Positions 1 to 11,229 of a stretch of DNA of 64,000 nucleotides are shown one piece after another (the stretch's first letter is position 1; each line of letters begins with the position of its first letter). The notes below the pieces were generated by a model, which had not been told where the DNA came from, did not search any database, and worked only from the letters and a program-made list of their open reading frames with translations. This stretch comes from an uncultured delta proteobacterium (lineage in GTDB: Bacteria > Myxococcota_A > Polyangia > Polyangiales > Polyangiaceae), in contig CAWKKR010000007.1 of the NCBI GenBank assembly GCA_963850305.1, forward strand, positions 832,001 through 896,000, read 5' to 3'. The position numbers and the translations under genes are program-made.

Positions 1-322
1 CCCGACAGCCCACGACCACCCGCCCGATGCCCGACTCGATGACCGCGTCGATGCACGGCGCAGTTCGGCCCTGGTGATTGCAGGGTTCGAGCGTCACGTA
101 CAGTGTCTTGCCCCTGGCTCGGGCCCCGGCGGCTCGCAACGCGACAATCTCGGCGTGATCCTCGCCGGCGAGCGTGTGAAACCCTTCGCCGAGCACCTCC
201 TGCCCGTCCGCGACGATGGCTCCGACGTGCGGATTCGGCGACGGATCCCCGCCGAGGGCAAGATCCAGTGCCTTGCCCATGAGCTCGAGATCGAGCTTCC
301 TCACGGCGTCGTTTTCGGCCAT
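1..322 (-). CDS. ribD: Riboflavin biosynthesis protein RibD, deaminase N-terminal part (runs off window edge)
   Basis: Manual translation from ATG at 322 gives MAENDAVRK...SPNPHVGAIV...GEGFH...DHAEIVAL...LYVTLEPCNHQGRTAPCIDAVI, with the HAE/PC..C zinc deaminase motif. It lies directly after nrdR, a common arrangement. Confidence 0.93.
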   Translation of the reverse strand, partial: MAENDAVRKLDLELMGKALDLALGGDPSPNPHVGAIVADGQEVLGEGFHTLAGEDHAEIVALRAAGARARGKTLYVTLEPCNHQGRTAPCIDAVIESGIGRVVVGCR

Positions 323-335
323 GGAGGGCTTCCAC

Positions 336-800
336 TTACTCCGATGAGCGCGATCGAACAAGCTGAGTCATTTCGCTCATGAACTCGTCGATGTCGCGGA
401 ACGACTTGTAAACACTGGCGAAACGGACGTAAGCAACCGGGTCGAGGTCCTTCAGCAGAGCCATGACCCGCTCTCCGATCCATAGCGACGACACTTCTCG
501 GTCGCCGCGCTCGGCGAGTTCCCTTTCCACTTTCTCGACCTCCGCTTCGAGTGCGTCCGCGGACACGGGTCGCTTGTTGCACGCGATTTGCAGGCTGCGG
601 AGGAGCTTTGCGCGATCGAACGGCTCCCGCTGGCCGTCTTTCTTGACGACCCCCGGCAGCGTGTATTCGACGCGTTCGTAGGTCGTGAACCGGCGCTTGC
701 AGGCGTCACATTCGCGACGCCGCCAGGTGACGGTTCCGGCCGCCGCGAGCCGCGAATCGACCACGCGGCTCTCGAGCTGGTGGCAATAGGGACACTGCAT
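336..800 (-). CDS. nrdR: Transcriptional repressor NrdR
   Basis: N-terminal CPYC...RRRECDAC zinc ribbon, RFTTYE, ATP-cone ([15 protein letters not shown]) and AYVRFASVY. Confidence 0.97.
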   Translation of the reverse strand: MQCPYCHQLESRVVDSRLAAAGTVTWRRRECDACKRRFTTYERVEYTLPGVVKKDGQREPFDRAKLLRSLQIACNKRPVSADALEAEVEKVERELAERGDREVSSLWIGERVMALLKDLDPVAYVRFASVYKSFRDIDEFMSEMTQLVRSRSSE

Positions 801-2048
801 TCAACCGTCGAACGCCGACAGAATCAACGTCGCGTTCGTTCCGCCGAACCCAAACGAATTGCTGAGCGCGTGTCGAATGCGTCGCTCGCGCGCCTCGTTC
901 GGCACGTAATCGAGGACGCACTCGGGATCTTGGTCTTCCAGATTGATCGTCGGCGGTACGATGCCGCGTTCGATCGCGAGCACGCACGCCGCCGCTTCCG
1001 CGGCACCTGCGGCGCCGAGCAAATGCCCCATCATGGACTTCGTGGAGCTGATCCACAGCTTGTGGTCGAGCGCGTGCGCTCCGAAGACCGCCGTGAGCGC
1101 CCTCGATTCCTCGATGTCCCCCGGTGGTGTCGACGTGCCGTGCGCATTGACGTAATCGACGTCCGACGGGTTCAGCTTGGCGTCCGCAAGAGCGTGCTGC
1201 ATCGACTTGACTGCACCGATGCCGCCGGGCGGCGGCTTCGTGATGTGGTAAGCGTCGCTGCTCGCCCCGAAGCCCGTAACCTCGGCAAGCACTCGCGCGC
1301 CGCGACGTCTGGCTCGCGTGAGGGATTCGAGTACGAGCGCGCCCGCTCCCTCGCCGCACACGAATCCATCCCGCCCCTTGTCGAAGGGGCGGCTGGCTCG
1401 GGAGGGATCGTCGTTGCGTCGGCTCAGCGCGAACATGGCCGCGAAGCCGGCTATGCCCGTTGGCGAAATCGCCGCTTCGGCCCCGCCCGCGAGCATCACG
1501 TCCGCGCGTCCTCGGCGAATCCATTCGAGCGCCTCGCCGATCGAGTGGGCGCTCGAAGAACAAGCACTCGTGTGACAGTACGTCGGGCCACGCAGTCCGT
1601 ACTCGATACTGACCTGCCCGGCGGCGAGGTTTCCGATGAGGGACGGAATGAAATAAGGGCTGACCTTGCCCGGACCCTTGTCCTTGAGGATGAGGGTCAC
1701 CTTCTCGAGATTTTCGAGGCCGCCGATGCCTACGCCGATGAAGACTCCGGCTCGATCCCGCTCCTCCTCCGAGAGGTCGAGCGCGGCTTGCTCCAGGGCC
1801 ATCTTCGCGGCCCCCATCGCGAAGGTGATGAAGCGCGCGGCCTCCTTCACCTTCTTCTTCGGCATGAACCGTTCGGGCTCGAAGCCTTTCACCTCGCACG
1901 CGAAGCGGGTCGTGAAGCGCTCGTCGGCCTCGAACAGAGTGATGTTCGCCGCCGCGCTCTCTCCGTTCACCAGGGAACGCCACGTCTCGTTGGTCCCGAC
2001 CCCGCTCGGGGTGACGAGACCGACGCCCGTGACAACGACGCGTTCCAT
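801..2048 (-). CDS. fabF: 3-oxoacyl-ACP synthase II
   Basis: RVVVTGVG start, catalytic TSACSS, NAHGTST, KSMMGHLLGAAG and SNSFGFGG. Confidence 0.97.
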   Translation of the reverse strand: MERVVVTGVGLVTPSGVGTNETWRSLVNGESAAANITLFEADERFTTRFACEVKGFEPERFMPKKKVKEAARFITFAMGAAKMALEQAALDLSEEERDRAGVFIGVGIGGLENLEKVTLILKDKGPGKVSPYFIPSLIGNLAAGQVSIEYGLRGPTYCHTSACSSSAHSIGEALEWIRRGRADVMLAGGAEAAISPTGIAGFAAMFALSRRNDDPSRASRPFDKGRDGFVCGEGAGALVLESLTRARRRGARVLAEVTGFGASSDAYHITKPPPGGIGAVKSMQHALADAKLNPSDVDYVNAHGTSTPPGDIEESRALTAVFGAHALDHKLWISSTKSMMGHLLGAAGAAEAAACVLAIERGIVPPTINLEDQDPECVLDYVPNEARERRIRHALSNSFGFGGTNATLILSAFDG

Positions 2049-2070
2049 AGGTTACTCGGGTCGGATTTCG

Positions 2071-2097
2071 GGGGCCGGTCGGTCGCCGACCGACCCC
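2071..2097 (-). promoter_or_regulatory. Stem-loop between acpP and fabF (possible mRNA stabiliser or attenuator)
   Basis: The minus strand reads GGGGTCGGTCGG-CGA-CCGACCGGCCCC: a 12-bp stem with one G.U pair and no U-tract. Confidence 0.55.
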
Positions 2098-2108
2098 GGC
2101 GCGCGGAC

Positions 2109-2357
2109 TCAGCCGCCGATATGTTTTTCGATGTAGTCCACCGCGTCCTGAACGGTTCGAATCTGCTCGGTATCCTCGTCAGGAATATCGATCTCGAACG
2201 CTTCTTCGAATGCGAGAACCAACTCCACGAGCCCCAGCGAATCTGCGCCGAGATCGTCGATGAACGTGGACTCGGCCTTGATGTCGGCCTCGTCGACGTC
2301 CAGTTGCTCCTTGATGATTCTCTTCACCTCGGCCGTGATGTCGCGACCTTCAGCCAT
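2109..2357 (-). CDS. acpP: Acyl carrier protein
   Basis: 82 aa acidic protein with the DLGADSL phosphopantetheine site; GGAGG RBS upstream. Confidence 0.98.
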   Translation of the reverse strand: MAEGRDITAEVKRIIKEQLDVDEADIKAESTFIDDLGADSLGLVELVLAFEEAFEIDIPDEDTEQIRTVQDAVDYIEKHIGG

Positions 2358-2444
2358 GTTGCCTCCAAAGGGGGGGCCGCCTCGTACAACAAGCGTGCCC
2401 CCGATGCATGAGTTTTCCGGGAATCCTGAAAATTCGCCCTCTTT

Positions 2445-3221
2445 TTACATGTACATACCGCCGTTGACGCGGATTACCTGCCCCGTGATGTAGCCCGCCT
2501 CGTCGGACGCCAGAAAGGCGACCGCGGCCGCCACGTCCCGGGCAGCTCCCGCGCGACCCAGCGGCACGACGGATAACATCGCTTGCTTCTGCTCGATCGT
2601 CAGGCCGTGGGTCATGTCCGTCTCGATGAAGCCAGGGGCAATCGCGTTCACGGTAATGTTACGTGAGGCGTACTCGCGCGCCACGGACTTTGCCACGCCC
2701 AAGAGCGCCGCCTTGGACGCGGCGTACGCAGTCTGACCGGCGTTCCCCATCTCGCCGACGACGCTCGACACGAATACGATGCGGCCCGTCTTCGCGCGCA
2801 TCATGGTCTTCGTGGCGGCGCGCGCGCACGCGACGGCTCCACCCACGTTGACGGCGAGGGTCTTCTGCAGATCCTCGTCCTTCAGCCGGAGCAGCAGGCC
2901 GTCGATCGAGATCCCGGCGTTCGCCACGAGAATGTCGAGACGACCGAGTCGCTTCGTTATGTCGGTGACGGTTCGTTCACAGGCGGCGGGGTCCGACATG
3001 TCCATCCGGGCAGCCTCCGCCTGGCCCCCGGCGCGGGTGATACAGCTCACGACGTCTGCCGCCGCCGCCTCTCCGCTGACGAACGTGACGACGACATGCG
3101 CGCCGCGCAGAGCGAGCACCTCGGCGGTTGCGCGCCCGATGCCGCGCGATGCGCCAGTCACGATGGCTACTTTCCGGCTCAGATCGAACAAGGCTTCCCC
3201 TACGGCGGGCCGAGGGCCCAT
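2445..3221 (-). CDS. fabG: 3-oxoacyl-ACP reductase
   Basis: TGASRGIG, NAGI, GNAGQTAYAASK and ITGQVIRVNGGMYM; lies between fabD and acpP. Start codon approximate. Confidence 0.95.
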   Translation of the reverse strand: MGPRPAVGEALFDLSRKVAIVTGASRGIGRATAEVLALRGAHVVVTFVSGEAAAADVVSCITRAGGQAEAARMDMSDPAACERTVTDITKRLGRLDILVANAGISIDGLLLRLKDEDLQKTLAVNVGGAVACARAATKTMMRAKTGRIVFVSSVVGEMGNAGQTAYAASKAALLGVAKSVAREYASRNITVNAIAPGFIETDMTHGLTIEQKQAMLSVVPLGRAGAARDVAAAVAFLASDEAGYITGQVIRVNGGMYM

Positions 3222-3254
3222 GGACCCGCGGTCTTTAGCACGCTCAGCGTGAGT

Positions 3255-4199
3255 TCAATTCGGAAAGTGGAGCACGTCCCGGATCTTCGAAATCGAGTCC
3301 GGATCCCCGGCGCTCTCGACCGAAATTCGCTTGTCGATCTTCCGGACGAGCCCGGCGAGCACCTTGCCAGGGCCGATCTCGAGCGCAGCCGTGACGCCCT
3401 GCGCTGCGAGCCACGCGACGGACCGATCCCAGAGGACGGCGCCGTCGATCTGCCGGACGAGAAGATCGCGCACGAGTGCCGGCGAAGCGTTGGGTCTCGC
3501 GTCGACGTTCGCGACGACGGGAAAGGCGAGGGGTCCGATGGGAATGTTCGCGAGCGCCAGTTCGACCGCGCGTGCGGCCGGCCCCATCAGCGCAGAATGG
3601 AATGGCGCGCTCACCTTGAGCGCAATGGCCTTCAGCTTCCGGCTTCCCGCGAGCTCGATCGCGCGTCGAACGGCAGCCGCGTGACCGGCGATGACGACCT
3701 GACCGGGTGCGTTAAAGTTCGCTGGTCCGAGCACGTCTCGTTCGCGCGCGCTGTCGCATAGCTCGCGGACCGCAGTTTCGTCTCCGCCGATGATGGCTGC
3801 CATGCCGCCGTGCCCTTCGGGGACCGCAGCTTGCATCGCTTGCCCCCGAAGTCGCACCAGCCGAACCGCGTCCTCGAACGCGAGGGCACCCGCCGCGACG
3901 AGCGCGCTGTACTCGCCGAGCGAGTGTCCAGCTGCGAACACCGGGTCCGGCAAGTTCGGAATCTCCTCCTTCATTGCCGCGAGCGCGGCAATGCTCGTGG
4001 TCAGGATCGCCGGCTGTGTATTGGCCGTCAGCGTTAGCTCTGTCTCCGGACCCTCGAAGCAGAGCCTGGAGAGGGCTTCGCCCAGGGCCGTATCGGCGCG
4101 CTCGAAGATTGCCCGGGCGGCAGGTGAGCCCTCGGCGAGCGTCTTGCCCATCCCGACGGTCTGCGTTCCCTGTCCGGGAAACAGCCACGCAACCTTCAT
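3255..4199 (-). CDS. fabD: Malonyl-CoA:ACP transacylase
   Basis: MKVAWLFPGQG, TQPAI, GHSLGEY and SAPFHS. Start reassigned to the ATG at 4199. Confidence 0.96.
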   Translation of the reverse strand: MKVAWLFPGQGTQTVGMGKTLAEGSPAARAIFERADTALGEALSRLCFEGPETELTLTANTQPAILTTSIAALAAMKEEIPNLPDPVFAAGHSLGEYSALVAAGALAFEDAVRLVRLRGQAMQAAVPEGHGGMAAIIGGDETAVRELCDSARERDVLGPANFNAPGQVVIAGHAAAVRRAIELAGSRKLKAIALKVSAPFHSALMGPAARAVELALANIPIGPLAFPVVANVDARPNASPALVRDLLVRQIDGAVLWDRSVAWLAAQGVTAALEIGPGKVLAGLVRKIDKRISVESAGDPDSISKIRDVLHFPN

Positions 4200-4246
4200 G
4201 CGATCCTCCGGCGAGATGCGGTCGCTCCAGGGCGAGGGCCCTCGGG

Positions 4247-4444
4247 TCAGCTGTCCTCGGTGCTTGCCTTCGTTTTGGTGATCTGTCGGCCCTTGTAGTG
4301 GCCGCAGCTTGCACATACGCGATGTGCCACGGTCGGAGCCGAGCAGTTCGGGCACGGAATGAGGTTCGGTGCTTCGACCTTGTCGTGCTGGGCCCGGCGC
4401 ATGTCGCGGCGGCTACTCGTCCTACGTCGTTTGGGGACTGCCAC
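4247..4444 (-). CDS. rpmF: 50S ribosomal protein L32 (zinc-binding form)
   Basis: MAVPKRRRTSSRRDMRR, CPNC...HRVCASCGHYKG. Confidence 0.97.
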   Translation of the reverse strand: MAVPKRRRTSSRRDMRRAQHDKVEAPNLIPCPNCSAPTVAHRVCASCGHYKGRQITKTKASTEDS

Positions 4445-4448
4445 GGTC

Positions 4449-5078
4449 TCACTCCTTCTTGTCGCGGAGGCGGCTCGCGATGGCCGCCAGCGGTGCGAGG
4501 CGCGGGTCGATCGCCTCGCGCTCCGAGCGACCCGCTTCGGCCGCTTCGGGAGGACGCTCGATAGCGGGTGTCGCCTCGGATCGCAAGTCCTGGCGGAGCG
4601 GAACCATCGGAAGCTCCAGGAGCAAAAACTCCCGAACGAACCGATCCAGGACCACCTTCTCTCCGTCGTAGGTGTCCCGTGCCGCTTCCTCTTCCTGCAA
4701 TCGGGCTTCCTCCTCCCGGCGAGACGGCCTCGGTTCCGCTGCTCCGCGGGCCCCCTTCTTCTTGCCCGCCTTGGGCCCTCCGGCCAGCGCCGTCGTAGGC
4801 TCGAGGAGCAGGAAAACTTCCGCCTCCAGGTCGTAACGCACCGGGTCCAAGGTTCGTGAGCAGGGCAGGACGACGGGGGCCGTCACCCGGCCGCGAACCA
4901 TGATCTCCCGGCCCCCTTTCGACAGGGTGACTTCGATATGACCGGGCTCGCCGCCGGGGGTGGCGTCGGAGCCACTGAAGGCTGCCCGCAGCCATTCGAC
5001 CGGAATTTCCCGATCGATCTCCCGCTCCCCATATTCGAGGTCGGCGACCGCCACTACGAATTCTGCCCGTCCTGTCAC
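4449..5078 (-). CDS. yceD: YceD/DUF177 family protein
   Basis: CSRTLDP and 'VREFLLLELPMVPL...IDPRLAPLAA' motifs; conserved position upstream of rpmF. Confidence 0.85.
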   Translation of the reverse strand: MTGRAEFVVAVADLEYGEREIDREIPVEWLRAAFSGSDATPGGEPGHIEVTLSKGGREIMVRGRVTAPVVLPCSRTLDPVRYDLEAEVFLLLEPTTALAGGPKAGKKKGARGAAEPRPSRREEEARLQEEEAARDTYDGEKVVLDRFVREFLLLELPMVPLRQDLRSEATPAIERPPEAAEAGRSEREAIDPRLAPLAAIASRLRDKKE

Positions 5079-5177
5079 GACGCTCGGTGCTTAGCACTCC
5101 TCGCCGTCGTTTGGGGGAGTCGGCGCTCGACGCCGTGTTTGTGAGGAAAACGGGCGCGGTGATAGCGTCCGCCCGCC

Positions 5178-6512
5178 ATGAACGAACGTCGCAGACGGCT
5201 GTCGATCGCGCTCGCGATCTACTTCATCGTGGTAGCGACGTATTTCGCGGTCATCCCGCGGAACCGGATCCTCGAGCACACGCCGTTCAATCACTTCTCG
5301 CTGCTCGCCGAATCGTGGCTCAAGGGGCGGCTCGATCTGGGGCATCCACCTCCCGGCTATGCTCAGAACAACGACTTTGCTGCTTACCGATCGAAGTGGT
5401 ACGTCACGTTTCCGCCGTTTCCCGCGGTTCTCCTGATCCCGTTCGTGATGCTGGGCAAGACCGCGGAGAACGTTCGCGATGCCCAAGTCTTCCTCTGGTT
5501 CTCGGGTGTGGGCCCCGCGGTACTGTTCCTCGCGCTCGAGAAGCTCCGCCGGATGGGTGCCTCGGATCGCACGACGCGCGAGAACATCGTGCTCGCGTTG
5601 CTCCTCGCGTTCGGAACCGTGTACTTTTTCACGGCAGTCCAGGGAACCGTGTGGTTTGCCGCGCACGTCGTGGCCGTCGCGTTGGGTGCGCTATATCTGT
5701 TGTTCTCCCTCGATGCCGAGCGGCCGATCCTGGCCGGTCTGGTCATCGGGCTCGGCTTTCTGACTCGAGCGCCGCTCCTCTTTGCATTTCCGCTGTTCTT
5801 CTGCGAAGCCGCGCGCGTCGCGCTTTCCCCCGCGGCTGCGGTCGAGGTGGTGCCCGCGGGGCTGCGCGCTCTCCTGCGGGCGTGGGTCGCGCGCCTCGAT
5901 CTTCGCCGATTCCTCCGGTCCTGCGTGTTGTTCGCCATGCCCGTCGCCGCCTGTGTCGGGACTGCGTGTGTTCTCAACCGCGTGCGCTTCGGCAAAGTCT
6001 CGGACTTCGGATACGAGTACCTGACCGTCGCATGGCAAGCGCGCATGCGTCACTGGGGGCTCTTCGATTACCACTTTCTCGCGCGGAACCTCGGGGTCGT
6101 CCTGACCAGCCTCCCCTGGCACACTCCGGGTTCGAGCACTCCATTTCAGGTGAACGAGCACGGGCTCGCGCTATGGGTCACTACTCCGCTCTACCTGTGG
6201 CTGATCTGGCCGAAGAAGACCGGGCCCATCGTGATCGCCCTTTACGCCACGGCGGCTGCAGTCGCGATCCCGGGGCTCTTTTATCAAAACACCGGGTGGA
6301 TGCAGTTCGGCTTCCGCTTTTCGAACGACTACGCCGTGTTCCTGGTCGCGTTACTTGCGCTGACCGGACACCGGATGGGGAGGCTGTTTGCGCTCGCGGC
6401 AATCTGGTCCGTTGCCGTGAACACGTTCGGCGCCGTCACGTTCGACCGTGGCGAGTTCAGACGATTTTATTTCGAAGACCCGTCGCAGCGCATTCTCTAT
6501 CAACCGGACTGA
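5178..6512 (+). CDS. Polytopic membrane protein, GT-C-like glycosyltransferase candidate
   Basis: Many hydrophobic segments, an N-terminal loop followed by FPPFPAVLLIP, GFLTRAP, and a GWMQFGFRF motif near the C-terminus. Confidence 0.6.
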   Translation: MNERRRRLSIALAIYFIVVATYFAVIPRNRILEHTPFNHFSLLAESWLKGRLDLGHPPPGYAQNNDFAAYRSKWYVTFPPFPAVLLIPFVMLGKTAENVRDAQVFLWFSGVGPAVLFLALEKLRRMGASDRTTRENIVLALLLAFGTVYFFTAVQGTVWFAAHVVAVALGALYLLFSLDAERPILAGLVIGLGFLTRAPLLFAFPLFFCEAARVALSPAAAVEVVPAGLRALLRAWVARLDLRRFLRSCVLFAMPVAACVGTACVLNRVRFGKVSDFGYEYLTVAWQARMRHWGLFDYHFLARNLGVVLTSLPWHTPGSSTPFQVNEHGLALWVTTPLYLWLIWPKKTGPIVIALYATAAAVAIPGLFYQNTGWMQFGFRFSNDYAVFLVALLALTGHRMGRLFALAAIWSVAVNTFGAVTFDRGEFRRFYFEDPSQRILYQPD

Positions 6513-6534
6513 CGCGAGCAGCGTGGATGAAAAA

Positions 6535-7299
6535 TCAGTGTTTCGAGCGGGTGATCGTCACCTTGACGATCTTCGGCGGATTCACCGCGCGGTCCCCGGA
6601 GACCGGGCTCTCGGCAATGCTCTCGATGACGCTTTCCGGGGTGCACTTCCCGAAGATCGTGTAGCCGCCGTCGAGGTGCGACGCGACGCCGTCCATGATG
6701 AAGAACTGCGACCCGTTCGTGTTCGCGCCGCGATTCGCCATGCAGATCTCCCCGATCTGATCGTGATGAGCGCCGGGCCAGATCTCGTCCGGGATCACGT
6801 ATCCAGGGTCGCCCGAACCGTTGCCGTTCGGATCGCCGCCCTGGATCATGAACCCCTTGATGATCCGGTGAAACGGCGTCCCATCGTATAGCGGCCTCTT
6901 GACCCAGTCCCCTGCGGGCGTTTTCCACGGCCGGATCCCGCGCGCGAGCCCGACGAAGTTGGCGACGGTGATGGGCGCCTTGTCCGGCCAGAGCTCGCAC
7001 TCAAGCGTGCCCTTGCTTGTCTTCATCTCGCCGACGAGCTTCCCCTTACCCGGAAGCCCCTGGGTCGCGTCCGCGAGTGTGAATTTGCCCTTTAGAGGAT
7101 CGCCAGGTGCAACCGGGACCTGCGCGACGGGCTTCGGGGATGGCGCGATCGGCGTCGTTGCCGTCGCGGGTGCGGCAGGCTCCGTGCTCGTCGTCGCCGA
7201 CGGGGGTGCTTCCTGCTTTCGCGAGGCGGGCTCGGGGGGCGTGCCCGATTGACACGCGACGAGGACAAAGACGGCTGCAAGGACGGCGATCGACTTCAT
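6535..7299 (-). CDS. Cyclophilin-type peptidyl-prolyl cis-trans isomerase lipoprotein
   Basis: Lipobox LVAC, Pro/Thr linker, APITVANF, FHRIIKGFMIQGGDP and MANRGANTNGSQFFI. Confidence 0.93.
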   Translation of the reverse strand: MKSIAVLAAVFVLVACQSGTPPEPASRKQEAPPSATTSTEPAAPATATTPIAPSPKPVAQVPVAPGDPLKGKFTLADATQGLPGKGKLVGEMKTSKGTLECELWPDKAPITVANFVGLARGIRPWKTPAGDWVKRPLYDGTPFHRIIKGFMIQGGDPNGNGSGDPGYVIPDEIWPGAHHDQIGEICMANRGANTNGSQFFIMDGVASHLDGGYTIFGKCTPESVIESIAESPVSGDRAVNPPKIVKVTITRSKH

Positions 7300-7334
7300 G
7301 GCGCGGCCCAATCAAGTCGCGCCACGCCGGATCG

Positions 7335-7976
7335 TCAAGTCTCTATTCGGATTCGCTGACCCGGCGCGACGCCGTGCGCCCGCGTCCAGCCCGCGTTGAC
7401 CTCGAGGACGTGCGAAGCCGGACAGGGGATCTCGCGTGGTGTCTCGTCCATCGCGGGAACCTCTTCGAGCACCCCGACGATCGTGCCGTCCGACGCGATG
7501 TAAAGCATGTCCAGGGGAATGCAGGTGTCGTGCATCCAGAAGGAGCGCTCGTCCTGGTCGGTCCAGGAGAAGATCATTCCTTGATCGTCCGGCATTTTCT
7601 TCACGTACATCAGTCCGCGTTCCCGCGACGCGTCCGTCGTTGCGATCTCGACGTTGAGGCGCGGCGCCCCTGGCGCCTCGGGGAATGACACCCAGCCTCG
7701 CGGGAGCGTCATGGGTCCGGTCGGATCCGCGGGACACGTGGCGGACGGAGTCGCGTGGGGCGGCGGCGTCTCCGCGAGCGGCACCAGGCATCGGCGCTGT
7801 GCCGCGGGAACCGCGGACGGCGCGGGCGGCGGTTCGTCGCGCGCGGAAGAAGGATCCGGGTGACGGATTGCGGTCGTTTCCGCCAAAGGTTCGGATTCAT
7901 GACGTTCGCAGGCGCCGACGATCAGCGCGAGGAGCATGAGATACGGAAGCTTTCGCGGAATACGAACCACGGACAT
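7335..7976 (-). CDS. DUF192 domain lipoprotein
   Basis: Lipobox VGAC; VEIA...RERGLM, FWMHDTCIPLDM and VLEVNAG are typical of DUF192. Confidence 0.85.
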   Translation of the reverse strand: MSVVRIPRKLPYLMLLALIVGACERHESEPLAETTAIRHPDPSSARDEPPPAPSAVPAAQRRCLVPLAETPPPHATPSATCPADPTGPMTLPRGWVSFPEAPGAPRLNVEIATTDASRERGLMYVKKMPDDQGMIFSWTDQDERSFWMHDTCIPLDMLYIASDGTIVGVLEEVPAMDETPREIPCPASHVLEVNAGWTRAHGVAPGQRIRIET

Positions 7977-8079
7977 GCTCTTTTACTCCGGTGCCGTGTC
8001 GCGATCGAAAATCGTTTGGAGCCGGATTTCAGGCGTGTCCTCTGTCACTCGCGCGCGGTCGGGGCTACCATCTGCCTCC

Positions 8080-8631
8080 GTGCGGGTCGTCGTCTCGAGC
8101 CGAGCGTTGGCGGCGTTCGTGGTGCTCACGGGCTGCGGCGGCGCGGTGGGTCCGGGTCAGACCTCGACGACGGGCGCGGGCGCAGCAGGGGGAGTGTCGG
8201 GGGCGGGCGGTGGCGTCATCGAGGGCGGGGTCGTGGACCTGGACGGTGAGGCCCCGAGCGCGGTGGACGCGTCCGGAACGGCTTACGTCGACCCTGGCTG
8301 CGCTCAAACGCAAAAGACGATCGCACCCTACGAGTGCGCGCCGTATCCCGCGCTCGGTGCCTGCGGCCCCGGCGCGCGCTGCTCGCCGTACGTGACCTAT
8401 GCCGACAAGTGTCAGTCGGAGATCATCGGTACGCGCTGCGAGCCCGCCGGCAACGGCGTTCAAGGGGACGACTGCACGACCGCCCTCTGCGCCGACGGTT
8501 ACGAGTGTGTGAGCGCGGGGTCGGGGTTTGCTTGCGCCAGACTGTGCGTTCTCCAGGGGGACAAGGACGATTGTCCACCGGGACTCATTTGCGGGCCCCT
8601 CGACGTCGAGGGATTCTTCGTCTGCGGCTGA
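8080..8631 (+). CDS. Cys-rich lipoprotein of unknown function
   Basis: A GTG start at 8080 gives the signal MRVVVSSRALAAFVVLTGC, followed by a Gly-rich linker and a Cys-rich domain. Start uncertain. Confidence 0.7.
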   Translation: MRVVVSSRALAAFVVLTGCGGAVGPGQTSTTGAGAAGGVSGAGGGVIEGGVVDLDGEAPSAVDASGTAYVDPGCAQTQKTIAPYECAPYPALGACGPGARCSPYVTYADKCQSEIIGTRCEPAGNGVQGDDCTTALCADGYECVSAGSGFACARLCVLQGDKDDCPPGLICGPLDVEGFFVCG

Positions 8632-8638
8632 GATTGTC

Positions 8639-10208
<1,570 letters not shown>

Positions 10209-10300
10209 GTCAGGCCCATCCACATGACCCGCGTCTCCTCGGGAGTCGCTTACTTCACGAATCGCGCAACGAGATCCGTGTGCGTGGATCAAGGTGTTCG

Positions 10301-11221
10301 CTACCGCGCGTTGCGCGCGTTCGGCAAACCGGCCTGGTGCACTTTGCCGGGGAGCTTCCGTCCCACGATGGACTCTGCGACCTGCCCCGCCGCGACGAGG
10401 CGAGGCAGATTGATGCCGGTCTCGATGCCCATGCCATGAAGCATGTAGACGAGATCTTCCGTCGCGAGATTGCCGGCGGCTCCTGGTGCGTAGGGACAGC
10501 CTCCGAGGCCACCCACCGAGGCGTCGAAGTCCTGGATGCCCATCTGCAGGCCCGTGAGAGCGTTCACCAGGGCCGTGCCGCGCGTGTCGTGGAGGTGGAG
10601 GGCGAGCTTCGCCGCCGGGATCTCCTTCAAGAAGAGCTCGCAGATCTTCTGCGTCTGGATCGGCGTCCCAACGCCGATGGTGTCGCCGAGCGACACCTGG
10701 TAGCAGCCGATACCCAGCAAATGATTCGTGAGCTCGAGCGCCCGCGCCGGGTCGACCTCTCCCTCGTAGGGGCATCCCCAGACGGTCGATACGTAGCCGC
10801 GGACCCGCATCTTCGCCTGGATGGCGTGAGGGACGAGTTCGTCGAAAACCTCGAGCGAGCGCGCGATCGGCTTGTTGGTATTCTTGATGTTGTGTGTCTC
10901 GCTCGCCGAGAGAAAGACGGCGACTTCCTTCAGGCCAGCTTCGATCGCGCGTTCCAGGCCTTGCGTGTTGGGGCAGAGCGCGCTGAACACGACCCCGGCG
11001 GGCGGTACGAGGGATCGGACCAGGTCGTCCGCATCCGCGAGCTGCGGTATCCAGCGCGGGGAAACGAAGCTGGTCAGCTCGATGCGAGTCACTCCGGCAG
11101 CGATGAGCGCGTTTATGAGTCGCTCCTTGTGCTCGAGCGGCACGCGCGCCGATTCGTTCTGAAGGCCGTCCCTGGGCGAGACCTCGAAGATCGAAACACG
11201 GCGAGGGAGATTCGTGAACAT
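10301..11221 (-). CDS. Hydroxymethylglutaryl-CoA lyase
   Basis: EVSPRDGLQNE, HLHDTRG and GGLGGCPYAPGAAGNLATED. Start at the ATG at 11221. Confidence 0.93.
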   Translation of the reverse strand: MFTNLPRRVSIFEVSPRDGLQNESARVPLEHKERLINALIAAGVTRIELTSFVSPRWIPQLADADDLVRSLVPPAGVVFSALCPNTQGLERAIEAGLKEVAVFLSASETHNIKNTNKPIARSLEVFDELVPHAIQAKMRVRGYVSTVWGCPYEGEVDPARALELTNHLLGIGCYQVSLGDTIGVGTPIQTQKICELFLKEIPAAKLALHLHDTRGTALVNALTGLQMGIQDFDASVGGLGGCPYAPGAAGNLATEDLVYMLHGMGIETGINLPRLVAAGQVAESIVGRKLPGKVHQAGLPNARNAR

Positions 11222-11229
11222 CGCGTCGC

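Noticed and set aside
588..2411. 607-aa plus-strand ORF, and many similar long antisense ORFs (e.g. 11251..12612, 39043..40365, 57680..59548)
   Set aside because: These are shadow ORFs antisense to clear genes. They are Arg/Ala-rich with no motifs, as expected from high-GC codon bias.
801..4199. Type II PKS or other secondary metabolite cluster
   Set aside because: There is a single KS with FabF motifs, no chain-length factor or cyclases, and a canonical rpmF/nrdR context: this is primary fatty acid synthesis.
5091..5117. TTAGCACTC, the left arm of a CIRCE element
   Set aside because: There is no GAGTGCTAA arm 9 bp downstream, and it coincides with the likely yceD ribosome-binding region.
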